A stretch of DNA of 56,266 nt, the filler included, from Catajapyx aquilonaris (Eukaryota): the NCBI GenBank assembly GCA_000934665.2. It is 2 parts of 2 records of this genome, joined end to end, with 100 filler letters (N's around TTAATTAATTAA, not from the genome) between each part and the next. Parts side by side here need not be neighbours in the genome. Positions count along the whole stretch, not along the records: positions 1 to 28,228 come from JYFJ02004979.1; positions 28,329 to 56,266 come from JYFJ02004980.1. One strand, written 5' to 3'. Positions 25,006 to 39,325 of this stretch are shown in pieces. The position numbers and the translations under genes are program-made. Numbering within the stretch: the first letter of the stretch is position 1; each line of letters begins with the position of its first letter. Under the pieces are notes generated by a model. It had not been told where the DNA came from. It saw only the letters and a program-made list of their open reading frames with translations, and did no database searches.

Positions 25006-26231
25006 TATTTCCAATCGCACCTCTGAAGGAGGTAATGTATATTTGGAGCTTTGCTCTTGCAAGAGCCGGGCAATAATGTGACATGAAAAAGTACTACATA
25101 CTGTATAAGTAGGGTGGCAAGCAGGGTCATCCCCAGAATTCCCAAGGCTTAGGGCAGTGGTTCCTAAATGGTGGGTCGCGGGGGGGCGCGAGCCTTGGTT
25201 CGACCTTTTTTTTTTTGCAATTTCTGTGTCAATTGATAAATTGCATTTATTTTTGAATGCCACCACTCCAGGCATGGGGCTTGCTCCTTCCCTTCTTACC
25301 CCCGAGCATGGTACCTCGCTATTCTAGATTTTAAAACTGAACTGTAGTGCAAAGCACACTTCTATGTGGATATATCCTTAAAGAAAAGTCACAGCCCATT
25401 CAGCTAAAAAAAACTTTTTTTTGGATGTCCATTTAAATGGACATTTGGTTTCAGGAAGAAAAGAAAATTACCAGTTCTCTACAGCAACAAAGACTGTCAC
25501 AGACACATCTTTTTGTATTGCCTAATACACATTCCTTGTGAATCCCAGGACATTCTGCATTGACGAAAATCGCACTCTAAATATGAGGAAAAAACGAAAA
25601 CTTATCAGATGAGCTTCAGCAGCGGCATCCGCCATTTTCATAAGTGATTTAATTTTCGCTGCCAAAGTCAGATCTTCGACACTAGGTGGCTACACATATT
25701 GAGGTCAGATTGTAATCATGGGATACCAACAGATTACAGTTCTGTTGGCATCACTAGTTGGCGCCAAATTTTTTTCTGCTGATGTTGACATTTATGCCAA
25801 CATCAGGTCTCAGGAGGATAAATTACCGAAAAGAACACTGAGTTAATTTCACAGGCATGACCTTCAAAGCCCTTTTTCTCAAAACCGTTCTCATGTGGAT
25901 TGACTCATTATTGCATAACACCGTCCACTTAGACATCTGCATACCGGTATAGCCACCAGATCATGCATTTCTAAAAACTGGTCGACCTTGACTACCAACG
26001 ACCTTGAGCAATAGGACATAAACATCAAATAACAATATATCAATTCACATTCCCATGGAAATGCCCTTATGCAACAATACCACCTAGAAAATTAAAACAT
26101 TGCCATAAATTCAACGCATCCACCAATTACGCTAATTGGCCACCTCACGCGAGTTCGTATCGTATGGTCATTCCGGGATTTTGTGGGATTTGCAACTAGA
26201 CTTCCAGACAAAAATAAGTACAATAAAATAT

Positions 26232-26854
26232 CAGTAAAACTTCCATAACTAGACTTCCAGACAAAAATAAGTACAATAAAATATCAGAAAAACTTCCATA
26301 AGTCGAACTTCTCTATAAATCGAAGAAAATGATGAGCTAGGTTGGTCACAATGTAAAATGAAAATAGGAAATAAACTTCCCTAACTCGAAGTTCTCCATA
26401 ACTCGAAGTGCAGGCAGGGCCTTACGATGGGATATCAATGCATTTTCAGACTCCCAAGTCGAAGTTCATGTTGGCGAGTTCGGAAAATTTTCTCATTTCC
26501 CAGCCGAAGGGTCGAGAGTAGGCCACATGTACAGAAAGGCTCAATTTCCTGATCTACATCTACCAGACGTAACCAAAGAAGTGTTCGACTCTGTTGTGAC
26601 AATTGAATCCTTGAATTTAAGAGTAGCCAAATGTCCATAACTGAGATTTTTTTTACAACAAAACAATGGAAACACTGTAAGTGTGATAGTGACAGTTATT
26701 TTAAAGTTTTGAATACCTTTCATCGCTGGATATAAAGGTAGGCTTCCTTATAGAGTTAGGTGCTTAAATAATTCCAAACTTCTCTAACTCGAATCTTCTA
26801 TAACTCGAAGTTTTTTTCTGGTCCCATGGAGATTCGACTTCGGAAGTTTTACTG
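26232..26854. mobile_element. pogo/Tigger-like MITE
   Basis: CAGTAAAACTTCC...GGAAGTTTTACTG-ta with repeated TAACTCGAAGT motifs; a ~53-bp local tandem duplication overlaps the left end. Confidence 0.65.
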
Positions 26855-27280
26855 TACTACAGTATTTACAAATATTACTACGAACTACGTGTTGAAAACC
26901 AAATTGCCCACCATGCATCTGTACGTACATTTCTAAAATTCTTTGGAGCCAACATATGGAACGAGGTGGGGGTGTGAAGTGGAGTTGGGGGGGTCAAGGG
27001 GTCAAAAATGCAGGGGGGGAAACACATGGCTGTGCAGTCTTTTCCTGGGCCAACTCCATCTGCATTCCTCTTTTTACACATCCAATCAGAATATCTGTGT
27101 CGACTATATACGCTATAAGACAAGCAGGTAATCTATCACAGAGAGTGACAAACTTTGGCTTATTGCAACTTATAAGGCCCATTTTAAGACATCGAGCTTC
27201 GAGTGTATTGAAGGGAAATTTTTACAAACACACTTCCTAAAATACTGTATATGTACCCCTACCTTTACCAGCACCCCAAC

Positions 27281-27968
27281 CAGGGTTCGAAATTAACCGG
27301 TCGCCAGTCACATTTCGCGACTTTAGGTTATCCATTGGCGACTGAATAAAGATGGCTAGTCGCCACTTTGGCGACTAGCTTTCCCTCCCAATACTGTATT
27401 TCTGCCTCGTATTTTCAATTTCGTTCCTGCAGTGCTGATTCTGTTGGTGGCTCATTATCATGAAGCGCGCCTGGTATTTATTGGGGTCCTCACTCCAGGG
27501 GTCAAGTTCAAGTTCCAAGTTGGGGTAAATAAGGTTGCAGGATAGCAGGAAGGACTCGGCTACGCGGGGGTCACAGCCAGATGTAGAGGAGGGGAAAGAG
27601 GGGCAGGATGGACCTAATTAGGAGGAGGGTGGAGGGAACAGGGAAGGTGTGGTGAAGAAGGTCCAAGGTCGATGACCGGTATAAGTCATGAGTGCATTGA
27701 GGCCTTGAGGGTTGAGGGGGAGGGGGGGGGGACGGGGGAGAGAGAGAAGTTTCGAAATAGTCTCTCGACTGATTTCGAGTCGCAGTCGGCAAGAGAGGCG
27801 GATCGGACTCGAGAAGTGCTCTCCCGAGGAAAATGGCAAAACGCAAGATTTCGGATTTTTTTGTGGGCAGTAGCATTGCCAAAGTCAGCAAACCAGCTGA
27901 CAAGGAAGAAGAGGAGTCTGCCAGCATAACATCAACACGGAGGAACAAAGTGAATCCATCATTGATGT
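27281..27968 (+). mobile_element. 5' part of a hAT-like element with the start of its ORF
   Basis: CAGGGTTCGAAATT start with subterminal GTCGCCA/GGCGAC motifs; short ORF MAKRKISDFF... from 27833. The right end was not found. Confidence 0.45.
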
Positions 27969-28228
27969 GATTTGTGTAGGCTATTATTGCAGTTCCGTGT
28001 CTAAAAAGAAGCAGTTGGTAAAATACTAAAATATGCTTCTGAATTGTGAAGCACATTAACGCTGTACACTATAACTATATGCGATTTTGTGCTATGGAAC
28101 AGTAATGATATACAGGGTGTATCTGAACTCCGTGCCCCGACGTATATGACTGCCTTCCTAGCCACCAGAGGATCGATTTAAGTATAGGAGTCATTATGTT
28201 TGGCCGCCGCATTACGGAGATAATTGGC

Positions 28229-28328
28229 NNNNNNNNNNNNNNNNNNNNNNNNNNNNNNNNNNNNNNNNNNNNTTAATTAATTAANNNNNNNNNNNNNNNN
28301 NNNNNNNNNNNNNNNNNNNNNNNNNNNN
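28229..28328. other. Artificial contig-joining linker
   Basis: 44 N, TTAATTAATTAA (stops in all six frames), 44 N; exactly 100 bp. Confidence 0.95.
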
Positions 28329-31300
28329 GGGGGGGGCTGTGCTAAAGCATAGAAAGCCTACAATGCATGTTACTGCTAGGTTGATTTCTGGTAAAGCCAG
28401 CTCTCCCCGTACTTGATGTCACACCAGTCAATTTGTGCATTTTGTGACATCTGTCTCTACTGTGTTAATAAGGCAGTTCACTCTTTAAACAAGGTAATGT
28501 TGTGGGAAGCTAATCTTTAACCAAATTTTGATTGCATTGGTATATACTAGTAAACACTATTATCTGCCCAGAAATCCCTGTAATTAAAATTTTCTTTGAA
28601 ATAGTTTTTCTTGATTTGAATTAGGCAGTCACCAATATAACCAAGTCCTGGACAACAGATTTTAAATCCAACCCCTCAATCACATTCAAGATAATAAAAA
28701 AACAGCCTCCTTCCTACACTACGTAAGACTTCCTATCAGTATAAACTCTGAAGTGTAACGCAATGGATATATGATCGATTAATTGGCTGCGAAACGCGGA
28801 AGAAGCAAATTCCAGTTAACTGGACGTATATTAGGTCACTTCCTCTCCGGAGCTAGATAGGACGAGCAGAGAACGTGATGTGGAGGTTCTACCCGGCATT
28901 GGATGACAGCTATTATCGCTTTTCTCTTCCTCCCTCAGATCGCTTTACTGTAATGGCCAGAACTGTTCCGAAGATCCGATCGTTGACGAGGACGGGCAAA
29001 AATGGGAGAAAAAAACGGGCGTGCACACAGACCACTCAACCATTTACACACCGGCACACTTTTATTATGCAGCCGAGTCCCAAAGTCATCCTGACAAGAC
29101 AGCAAGAATAATGGTGAACAAAGGCCGCCGAGGAGTTTTTCTCGGCTCGAAACAAATGGTAGGACTTGGCATTTGGGAGAGAACTGAGCGAAACCACTTT
29201 GAAACGGAAACTGTTTTTTTTTTCGGTGCCCTCCCTCCCCTCTAGTCTTCTCGAAAAAAAGAAGAGATGTCAGCACATGGAAGTAGCAATCGCTCGACGT
29301 TTAAGGCATTAAGTCGCGCTATCAAGAAACGGCCGCAAAATTATTTATACTTGAAAGCTCCGAGTTAACAAACTTCAGCAAACTGCAACGCCTAGCTGAA
29401 GGCAAATGACCTGAAGTCAGGGTCAATCGACTCATTTGACAACCAACTTCTTGTACAAAGTTGCTGGCTTGTTTTCGTACTTCCGCCATGGTATTTTGGT
29501 GTTATTAATTAATTACATACAGTTTGTTGTTTACATCATTATTGAGTATGAAAATGACTCGAGTTATTTTTTCAGTAAATAGCACACCCAGTATGGTTAT
29601 CCAGTTTTCATTAGCCTCCAGTCTGGTTCTGATTCTGAAGCGGGGAAACCAGTTTTCAGAGCAAGCTGCTAGAAAAGCATCCCAAGGGTGAAAATATATG
29701 CGTCCTCATTGCTATGCCTTTTTTCTGTAGGTTTTTTCCCATACAATTTGGATGGCTCTTTTTGGAACCCACTGGTAATGCCATTGCTTTTGTGAACGTT
29801 GTGAAAAAGAATCTAAAGAGTGTTTGCCTTTTAAACGTCAGTGCAACCCAGATAGACCTTGACTACAGATCAGGCACATTCAAGGCGGATCTAATCATGA
29901 TATAAAGAGTGGGGCTTCTCGCTTTTGATTTCCCGATAACAGTTAACGTAATCCAACACTGGGTGTCAGGTCATAAAATCCTAATCGCGCAAAAACTCGC
30001 GGGCTGAGCAGCTAATTGTTCCTGGGAAATTAATTCTCACAATCCGCATGTAAAACAAAAGCTCTCATTACACAGGCTCAGCTCAGAGAGAGAGAAAAAT
30101 GACAAAAGGGCGATCTCTTTTTGAATAGAGTAACGTTTAATAGGGTTCATGTATGAGCCAAAGCCTCACAAACGTGCTGGCTAATCTTTCAAAAACTAGA
30201 AATAACAGTGTTACCGCAGCATGTCACATTGGTGTGATTATTGTGATCGCTTTAATTTTAATCATGCGACTTACAGTCCTGCCCTATTCTAATTGTACCT
30301 TATCCATTCTAGGAGGGTTAAAGAAAAGAGCAAAGGTTGCATCACGATATCGATTAGCCATTAAGAATGAACTATGCTTTCAAAAAAGCCACCTCTAAAA
30401 GCATTTCCCTAATTATACGACTACCCCGTTAATGCGTATTTATTAGTCATAAATTGATTTGGCAATAGTTTAACGAGGAAGAATGCAGCAAATTAAATGA
30501 ATACAAGGCCGCGCTTCCCCTTCCGCTCCTAGAATAATAAGGCAGCAGAAGGATCAGGCCTCTCCCTCTGCCTCTGAAGGAAGAATGAACTGGAGGAGCG
30601 AATCACAATAATTTACTCCTTTGTCATGACACAGATTGTGTAATCTCATTTTGCAGTGAGAGGGCACAGATCATTTTCATACTTGAAAAAGTAATATTTT
30701 ATGTACAGGTTTACACGAAGAAGTGCATCAGATGTATAAGAGGGTCATAAATATACGCCAAAGGATACAAACATACGTAGGTTGAGTCCTTCATTGATTA
30801 ATACACATGGTGTCTTGTCAATGATAAAAGAAGGGGGCAGTTCCCTTCCACATTATTACTTGACTTCGATTAGTCGGCCACAATGTAAGCACAATCTATG
30901 CTTGAATGAAAGCAAGATGATTACATTTTATTATCTCTGGAAAGATGATCTCGCATCAGGCCATGAGCTGGAAATCCATATATTGATCCAACGCGCATCT
31001 TTCAATATAGGCCGTTATTTTGCTGTAACTGTATTCGGGCTTAGGAACTTCCCAAAACAAACGGAATTTTGTGGAAACAGAGCAGACATTGGTTAAGTCT
31101 ACATGAAATAAATGTTGCTGTACCAATAGTTTATTCAGCGTAGTGGATTTTGATTCCGCTTTGAAATATGCGTAAAACTGAACTGACCAACTCCACAGCT
31201 AAAATGGGAATATATACTCCAGCAACCAGCTGAAGAAGTAGCAATAATCATGAGTGAATACAGCGCCTATTGTTACTTACATGTTTATTTGTATTAAACT

Positions 31301-34300
31301 AGTTGTTAGTGCAGTCAAATATATTTTTCTTCAGATGTTGACCTGAAATATTCACGGCTTTATTCGTGCAACAAACGCCTGAACGTCATCTGATAGTAAA
31401 AACCTGCAATAACCTCCCCAGCCCCTCCAATATGACCAGCACCATTACATTAAGCATAATATGCATGAAATAATATTTGAAGAACAAGCGAAATGAAATT
31501 TGAGAGAGTAATTTATTCTCCCCTCCAAGAACATCAGCAGCCTAATAGTTGTATAATGTGATACTTGACCCACTTCCAGTAGATTCACGAAAAAGGAGCC
31601 TACTTGAGAGCGAAAAGTGGTAAGGGAAACGCTGGAAATGGTGGGGGGAACGCAGTGACCGATTCCAGTCCTGGACTCTTTTTAACCATCACGTGAAATT
31701 GAGACGGGGGCGGGAACTTTATGAGGCAGTTTATCATGTCGGAACACGTAAGAGATTCGGGAAGGGCCGCTCGGGAAAACGACCTCCTTTATTTTTTTTC
31801 TCTATCCCTTCTCTCTCTTTCTCTCTCTCTTCCTTGGCCATGGGGACGTTTCTTCTGGTGGGCGGAGCGTCGGGCAGGGAATGAAGAGAAGAAGAGACGA
31901 AAGAAAGTCATACTTCCTGCATGTTGTGCTCCTGACAGAAGCCCCTACTTCAGCGGACCTCTTGCTATACAAACGGCCCCCTGGAACGGACCTCATATTT
32001 CGAGGTACCCATCGAAAGCCATCCTTAGGCCAAGCGTGAAAATTTTCGCCGAAGAAGTGGACCGCCACCCTCAACCTCAAACCTATTCCAAAGAATAAAA
32101 AAAAGACTTGCAGTAAGCAGAAAAGTCCCATTTGACTCTTAAATCCACCCAGGGAGAATCCCGGGAAAAGAAGAGGAGGATGGGGAGGGAAAGGGGGGAG
32201 GTCGCAAGGGGGTAGTGGGTGGGAAGTGGGTGGGGAAAAGAAAAAAAAATCGCGAAGACTTCTGGGAAAGAATGATAAATCGGTACCGATTCGCGGGTGG
32301 TCCTCGACGGGAGGTTGGACCCAAAGAACAGGGGCGAATTCCAACTTTGGTTCATCCGCATTTCCCGTCTAAAGAATTCGGCTTTTCAGAAGGGAAGAAA
32401 ATTTCCTGGACCAGACTCACGGTCCACAATAAGTGATTTGATTTTTACTTGCGACCCTTCTGACCCTTTTTCTTCATTTGATTCTGCTTTGAAACATGGC
32501 ATTTCCATTCTCGCAAAACAATGATGCTACGTAAAGGCAGGGAAAAATATAGTGACATGTTGTTGTTGTTGTTGTATAATATAGGCCCAGTGGTGCAAAT
32601 GCAAGCTATCAAAATCACAGTTCCGCCCACGAAATTACGATGATCTGTTTGGGATTAAGGAAGCAGTTTCTCAAAGCATAACTAGCCTTTATAGGTACCG
32701 TCAAATAGCATAAACACAGTTTCAACATCATAATTATACTGTAGTACCACCAATCTTTAGTAGTCTAACCATGATGGTGCTAATAACTGATTGGTTGGTT
32801 TGTGTTGGTTATATTTACTTAAGAGAACAGTTGATTAACCTTTGAGAAAGCTTCTACAAGGCAATAATATTGTACTAAATCTTGGGCATACGAGGCAAAT
32901 CCATTGAGTAAAAAAACTACAGTATTTTGAAATAATCTAGACCGAAAAATTGACCTTGTTTACATGCTTGTGAAGACAGAAAATCCTGGCTTCCTGGATC
33001 ATTGTGAATCATTCGAACTAAATGGACTTCATCAGGAGAGAGAGAAAAAATATGATACTCAAGGGTGAAATAATACCTTTACTTAAAGTCGCCAAAACTG
33101 GACTAAGTATGTTTTACTTGCATACTGACAAGATACAGTATATGTCCATAAAAGTTTCGGACAAACGTATCCTCGTGCTACGTAACCGTCTACACTCAAT
33201 GCTACAGTGCTACCGTGCCATGATTCCCCTGTTCGAAACCTTTTTGGCATGTAGCACGCCCTACCTGAATATTATTCTGTAATTGGATATTATATTACTC
33301 ACCTGTACGCACCTGTATGTGTCTAAGTTGTAGAACTACTACAACTTACGCAAAATGGAGACACAAAATACCGAGTACATTTCATATAAGCTGTGTGGTC
33401 TCAGCTTTGTCAATGATTTTAAGCTCCTGAAGCGCTACCATAGTAAAAGCGGAAATATTTCTCATTAATATGCAACCGACGATAGTGTTCCCCAGCATTA
33501 GAACGCGTTTCACGTGTCCGCGCAACATTTTGATCTACCATCTACAACACATCATTACTCTACCTAGTAATCTAGTGTTTACAGCTCAGTGCCTAAATTA
33601 ACTCCCAAAAGTGCCGGAACTCGTCCAATAAAACTAGCTGAGTGTAATTTTTCCCCCTAGACACTCTTATATGTCTCTTGATTCGCTTTAACGTTTCTGC
33701 ACCATGTCCCCATTTTAATTCCGTGTCTTTATGCACAATATAATGCTCTAAATGCAGCACCTAACTATGAAAACACAGATTAATTTAATCTTAGTTTACA
33801 GGCACATAACGGATCCCTCAATCACCGTGCTGGCTCTTTACTACGTCTCTGAAGGCTAATGCGAAAAGCTTAATTTTGGTTTGCAACCTTGTTAGATAAT
33901 GCTATCTGTTAGAGCTGTTGCAAATATAAAGGCGTCTCCTATTTGCACTCGTTAACATAAGGACCAGAAATTTTATATCCCACAGCCTGATACTACTTTA
34001 AGTAGCTCTTAATTCTCGTCCTGCATATCAATCACTGCAGTAACTCGCGTGATTAAATATAGTAGGCTACTTTGTATATGCATGAATGAATTTTGTTCGA
34101 TGAAAACGCAAATTGTGTTACGGCCACTCTGCAATACAGTAAAAAATTGCGCAACATGATATCTGTACAGGAATGATTTTAAGATATAATAAACTGACTC
34201 AAATTTAATGAAGAGCAACATTTATTATTGTAATATTCCAGACATATTTCCCCAATTTTCCTATGAAGAATTGGTTAAAAAGCAATTTATTACTTATTTC

Positions 34301-35511
34301 TACTAAAATAATTGTTCATAATATTCATCTGGTTGAAAATTATGAGCTAAAATTTATTGCAGTTTTTTTGTATTCAGCGATTATTCGGGTTTTGGCCGGT
34401 ATGTCAGACTACAACTATATGAAGGATAGAAAATCACAAAGCGCAGAACATGTTTACTTCATATTTCATGTCCTGTACGAGTAAAAACGTCGGAAGTTGT
34501 GAGATACAACTCTTACTGTCCATCTTACCTCACCCTTACATCTTATATCACGTGTTCTAGCACACGAGATATTAATCATTTCAGCTCTAACACAGTACTG
34601 TATTAGGAGAGACATTACGGTAGGCCAATTACATTATTCATATGGACCAAGAATATTAAAATGGAGATGTAATCTAAAAAACAAGATTCTGGCAGCATCT
34701 AACCTTCCCGTGACAGACAGTATTAAATCCATCGCAGTCGTGGTATATTGTCATTGAATAAAACTGTCATCGTATATCCTAATGCATTACGCTGATGAAC
34801 TTCCAGGCTTACACGCACAAGAAGGGATGTTATAGGCCCTGGATTAAAGAGAGGCAACAATCACGTCAAGTGAATGCTGCCCTGGTTGTTTCTCCCAACT
34901 GCGCGGCGCGGCGCCGCTTGCCCTTTAAACTGGCTCTGCAAGGGTAAACAATACACAATCCATCACCTCTCACTATATACCCTCATCTTGAATTGTGAAC
35001 AAGAGCGGTATACAACCCTTCATATAGGCCTAACACTAAAATGATTACTTTCGATTTAGAATACCTGTGCGTGCCTTTAATAAATATTTAAAGCCCCATA
35101 TGCACCGTGCATCAAAATTCTCTGGAAAGAAAAAAAAACAACAACAACAACAGAAGAGCACAACAGCAATAAATTCGTGTTTGTGCTAACACTGGCTTTC
35201 GACACATGCTCTAAACTTATGGAGTCATAATCTGTGCAAAGTACAGAATATTGAAGTGGCATCTCTGCTTCTCCATCATCTCCTTCTTTGCAACAAAAAG
35301 GGGCCCCATCACCTTTTTTCCTGAAGGACGAGAACTCTTTAAAGGACCACGAAAAAAAAACTTATTTCGAAATTCTAAAATTAGATTTCATCAACTGAAT
35401 ACCAAGCAGCAGGTTGAAGGTTTCATTTTTTTTCTTGTGCGGGAAAAGGAGCCGCATTGAGTAGCTTCCTTTCCTTCTCTGCTTTTGCTGGTGATGAAGC
35501 GTCCCCCATCT

Positions 35512-35515
<4 letters not shown>

Positions 35516-35571
<56 letters not shown>
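35516..35571. repeat. (TC)n microsatellite
   Basis: Visible dinucleotide run. Confidence 0.95.
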
Positions 35572-35575
<4 letters not shown>

Positions 35576-36156
35576 ATTGCCCCGAGGAAGGGAAAAAGGA
35601 AAGGCCCAAGGGAGGCAGCTCTGCATGGGTTTACCAATCGCCGGCTTAATATAAGGAATGTGGACAAGACGGGAATCATCAATGAACACACCTGACCTGA
35701 TTGTCAAGGCTTCTGGCTTCATGGATACAGAAAAAGAAAGAGTATTTTTTTAGTAGCTATATACTGTCGAGACTCTCATCAATCCTCTTCGCCTTAGATG
35801 TTCAGTATAGGCTACTACACGGTGTAGGTTAGAGGACTCTTTGCTAGATCTGATTGTAGGTCATAAATAATATAAGCATACACACTTCTCATGCATAATG
35901 GTTGCTATTACTGCACATTGCACTTGAAAAGTTGTATTCCTTGCGGCGCGTGTCCCTTCAACGCAATTTTAACGTTGGGTTGTTTCAGAAGTCATGGCGC
36001 AGCGTTTCACTAAAAATAATGAACATCGTAGTGTTGCAGTCTGTAAAATTTTGGAGGTCTGTAGGTTAGCTCTCTGTAATACCATATTACTGTACGTCGA
36101 GGATCCTCAAGTACTGTAGAAGGCTAGGAAAAAATGATCAATGTTTCATCCCTACA

Positions 36157-36361
36157 CAGTGTGTTTCAATTGAAATGTCTAACGGCGCGATTTTTGGTAA
36201 TAATCTGGTAATTTTAAAGCAATAATAATATGATATTACATTGAACCGGATATAATCAGTCAATATCTATGACAACCCCCTAAAACAACTGCTGAAAAAT
36301 AAGGAGCTTAGTGCCAAAAAATTGTTAATCACTATAAGGGTGTTTCAATTGTAACACACTG
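36157..36361. mobile_element. Tc1/mariner-type MITE
   Basis: CAGTGTGTTTCAATTG...CAATTGTAACACACTG-ta. Confidence 0.6.
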
Positions 36362-36737
36362 TATAGGCCCTACTCCCAAATAGCTTTTGTACACTGGAAA
36401 AATGTATCAGTTCTGAATGACATACCTGTCAATACTGTATATGGAAATACTGTATGCTGATGCATATATGCGTATCTCTCGTGATCACATCAAATCATAC
36501 GCCAGGCTCACCATTAATGAGATTGGAGTGCCATCACGTGCAAGTTAAAAGTAATGAAAAATAACTATTGCAACAGTCGCATAGCTGCAGAGCGACACAT
36601 ATGCCCCTGTAATTTTGACCAATCAGATCAATAGCGGGAAAATCTATGGAGAGAGTTATTTTATTATAACATCGTCAAAAACATCTACAGAAGGATAGGC
36701 CTTACCTAAAAATAATGTCAATTGCTATTTACTATAG

Positions 36738-37183
36738 ATATACCGAAGCAGTTTGGTGGAGTGGATAAGGTGTACGACTGCTAATCGGGATGTCCTGGGT
36801 TCGAGTCCGGGGGCCGGCAATCCTAACCGTGGTTTTCTGTGGTTTCCCCCTGTCCCCCCAGGAGAATTCCGGGATTGCTTCCTAAATAATAGGCCACAGC
36901 TTCCTTCCGTCCCTATCCTTGTCCCGTCCATGAGGAGGTGCGGTTTCTGACCCGCATCTAGGGTTCATCTTGGCGAACGGGCCCCCTGAGGGACTTCACA
37001 CGACCCCCAACTTGAGACATTGCACCTAGCTGCACCAGTGCCCCCCATCCCTCATTATCCCTAGCCTGTCCCATTGCACTGGAGGAAAGAAAAATAACAC
37101 AAGAAAATTGATGGTTGTGTACCCCCCCCCCCCNCCAACATGGCTCATGTAGGCCTATCATGGGGTAAAGCAAACAAAAAATG
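36738..37183 (+). mobile_element. tRNA-derived SINE (Inv-domain-like family)
   Basis: Collinear with the 18234 copy; 12-bp TSD TATTTACTATAG at 36726-36737 and 37184-37195. Confidence 0.9.
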
Positions 37184-39325
37184 TATTTACTATAGGTCCG
37201 AGTCTGACGTGGACTACACTACATTTGGAAGCTGAAGTCTTCAAAAGTCCAGAGGTGAAAATAGATGTTACACTAGTTAAGGGACCAGCAGCGATTATGT
37301 TGCTAATGGGAACAGAAACTGACTTCAGGTTTTGTGATCACCATCATGAACAAAACACTGATTAGCAGAAATTAATATGATTCTCACAAACATTACGCCC
37401 AGTATAATAACAATCTTATGAAACACGTTTGACATTGCACCTGACTATTTCTAGCTGAACGTTAAAACTCTGAATATGCCATATAGTCAAAAACATAATT
37501 ATTTATGATTTTTAAAATTATTTGGTCAAAAATAATGAACTATTATTAATGCTTGATATATTAGCGACAAATTTAATAATTAAATAATTTATATGATTTG
37601 AGTCGCATTATAGAATTAGAATGCCACCCACTTTCCTACTTGTACAGCTAGCAGCACTGTAAGAAAGGTCTGGTAGTAGCTAGCCTATACATAGCGCATC
37701 CGAGATGGATGCCTAGGCGATATCGATGTCGACCTATTGAGCACCCACTGAGGCGTCCACTGACATTCATGGATACACAGAGAGGCCATTTGAATCCATT
37801 TGTAAAATTAATCACCCCAAGACGCTTGGCGATATTCCTACGACGTCCTTTTATGAGCCATCGAACTGAAGGATGACGATAACCAGGGATCACAAGTGAG
37901 TGAGCCCGGATGGCAACTCCATTACCATATTTCACCCCTTGCGCTATTTATCCCACACTTGAGGCACAGCCCTTGTCTAACCCCGTGCGCCCAAACGACT
38001 GCCAGAGGACCCATCTGGCCCACCTCTTACTCCACCTTGCCCCAACTTTCTCCTTGCAGGTCCTAACTTGTCCCCGGAGGAGGAGAGGCCCGTTCGTTCG
38101 CCATTTCCACCCTGCCCTCCTTGTTCTGCTGCTGTCTCGTTCATGACCGCGTTTTGACAGCTTGTCGAATAGAGATGAAGGGACGCCGAGTTAAGCCGCG
38201 AGGGACTTTCCGCATCCGGCCTGACTGCCTGCCTGCGCTGTTGCACCGAAAACCAACAACTTTCGCCTGCCTGCCCGACGGCTGTTGTGATCATCAAGCC
38301 TATAGAGTTTCGTGTTATTATGGACTCGATTATCATCCAAAATTCAGTAACTCATGCCCGACAAATTCATTTACGCTAACAGCAAAAGTTTACTTGCTTT
38401 GTACCTAATTATTATATTGCCATTAAGCACGGAAGTTTGAAAGAGGCGCATAAATGTAATATTCAGTACCGTAATATTATAGGAGGACATGAATGAAGAC
38501 GTTGCAAGAGTTGGTGTTTCGTCCATGATCAAAGACCTTCAGGCACTGTGGTGGTACTGACGTGTTATGGCTACCCTTTTTATTGTAGGAAGTTGAGATC
38601 GGGATTGGGGGGAAGGGGCAGGTAGATGGTTCTTGGTTCCCAGTTACGAGCCGTCAGCCGATATCCTGCATCTGAAGAATCATGAAGTCCCGCATGTCAC
38701 CATAGTCACATTGGGCCCAAGCCCCCATCAAAAAATTTGTCACACGGCCGCGTCACCACCCTAAATCCCCCCCCCCCCCACACACACGCAAACTAGCCTC
38801 TAATTTTTTGTGTGTGCATTTATTTCTTTCAGTAATTTTGAGCTTTACGTCACGCTGTGTCACGCTGAAGTCTACCTCCCTACTCTCTACCAGCGTGACG
38901 TACTTTATGGACGACCACTTGGTACTCCACTATCGTAACTGTCACAGGAGCCTGCAGGGGTTGAGTGTGCATGGATTTCGGTTCACGGTCTAAATTTTCT
39001 GCCCATACATAGCAGCTGGCCATCCATGGCATGCTTTTCGCTGAAAACATTGTTTCGGAGAGCTCCACCCGACTTTTCATGATCAAGATAAGTTATATCA
39101 GGTTTGGGAAGAATATCGTCCTCCTCGAGGAAAAATAATATTAGTAGCCTACAATATTAGTGTATCTAATATTGGCAGGAAAAGTGCAATAATTACTGGA
39201 AAAAAATTACGGAAACAAATCGTGCTATGCCAACAGGAAGTCGCAGTAATAATAATCAGAGAGGAGGCAAAGGAGAAAATGCATACGATCGTATTATTTT
39301 GATAGCGCAATACATTATATTTTAA

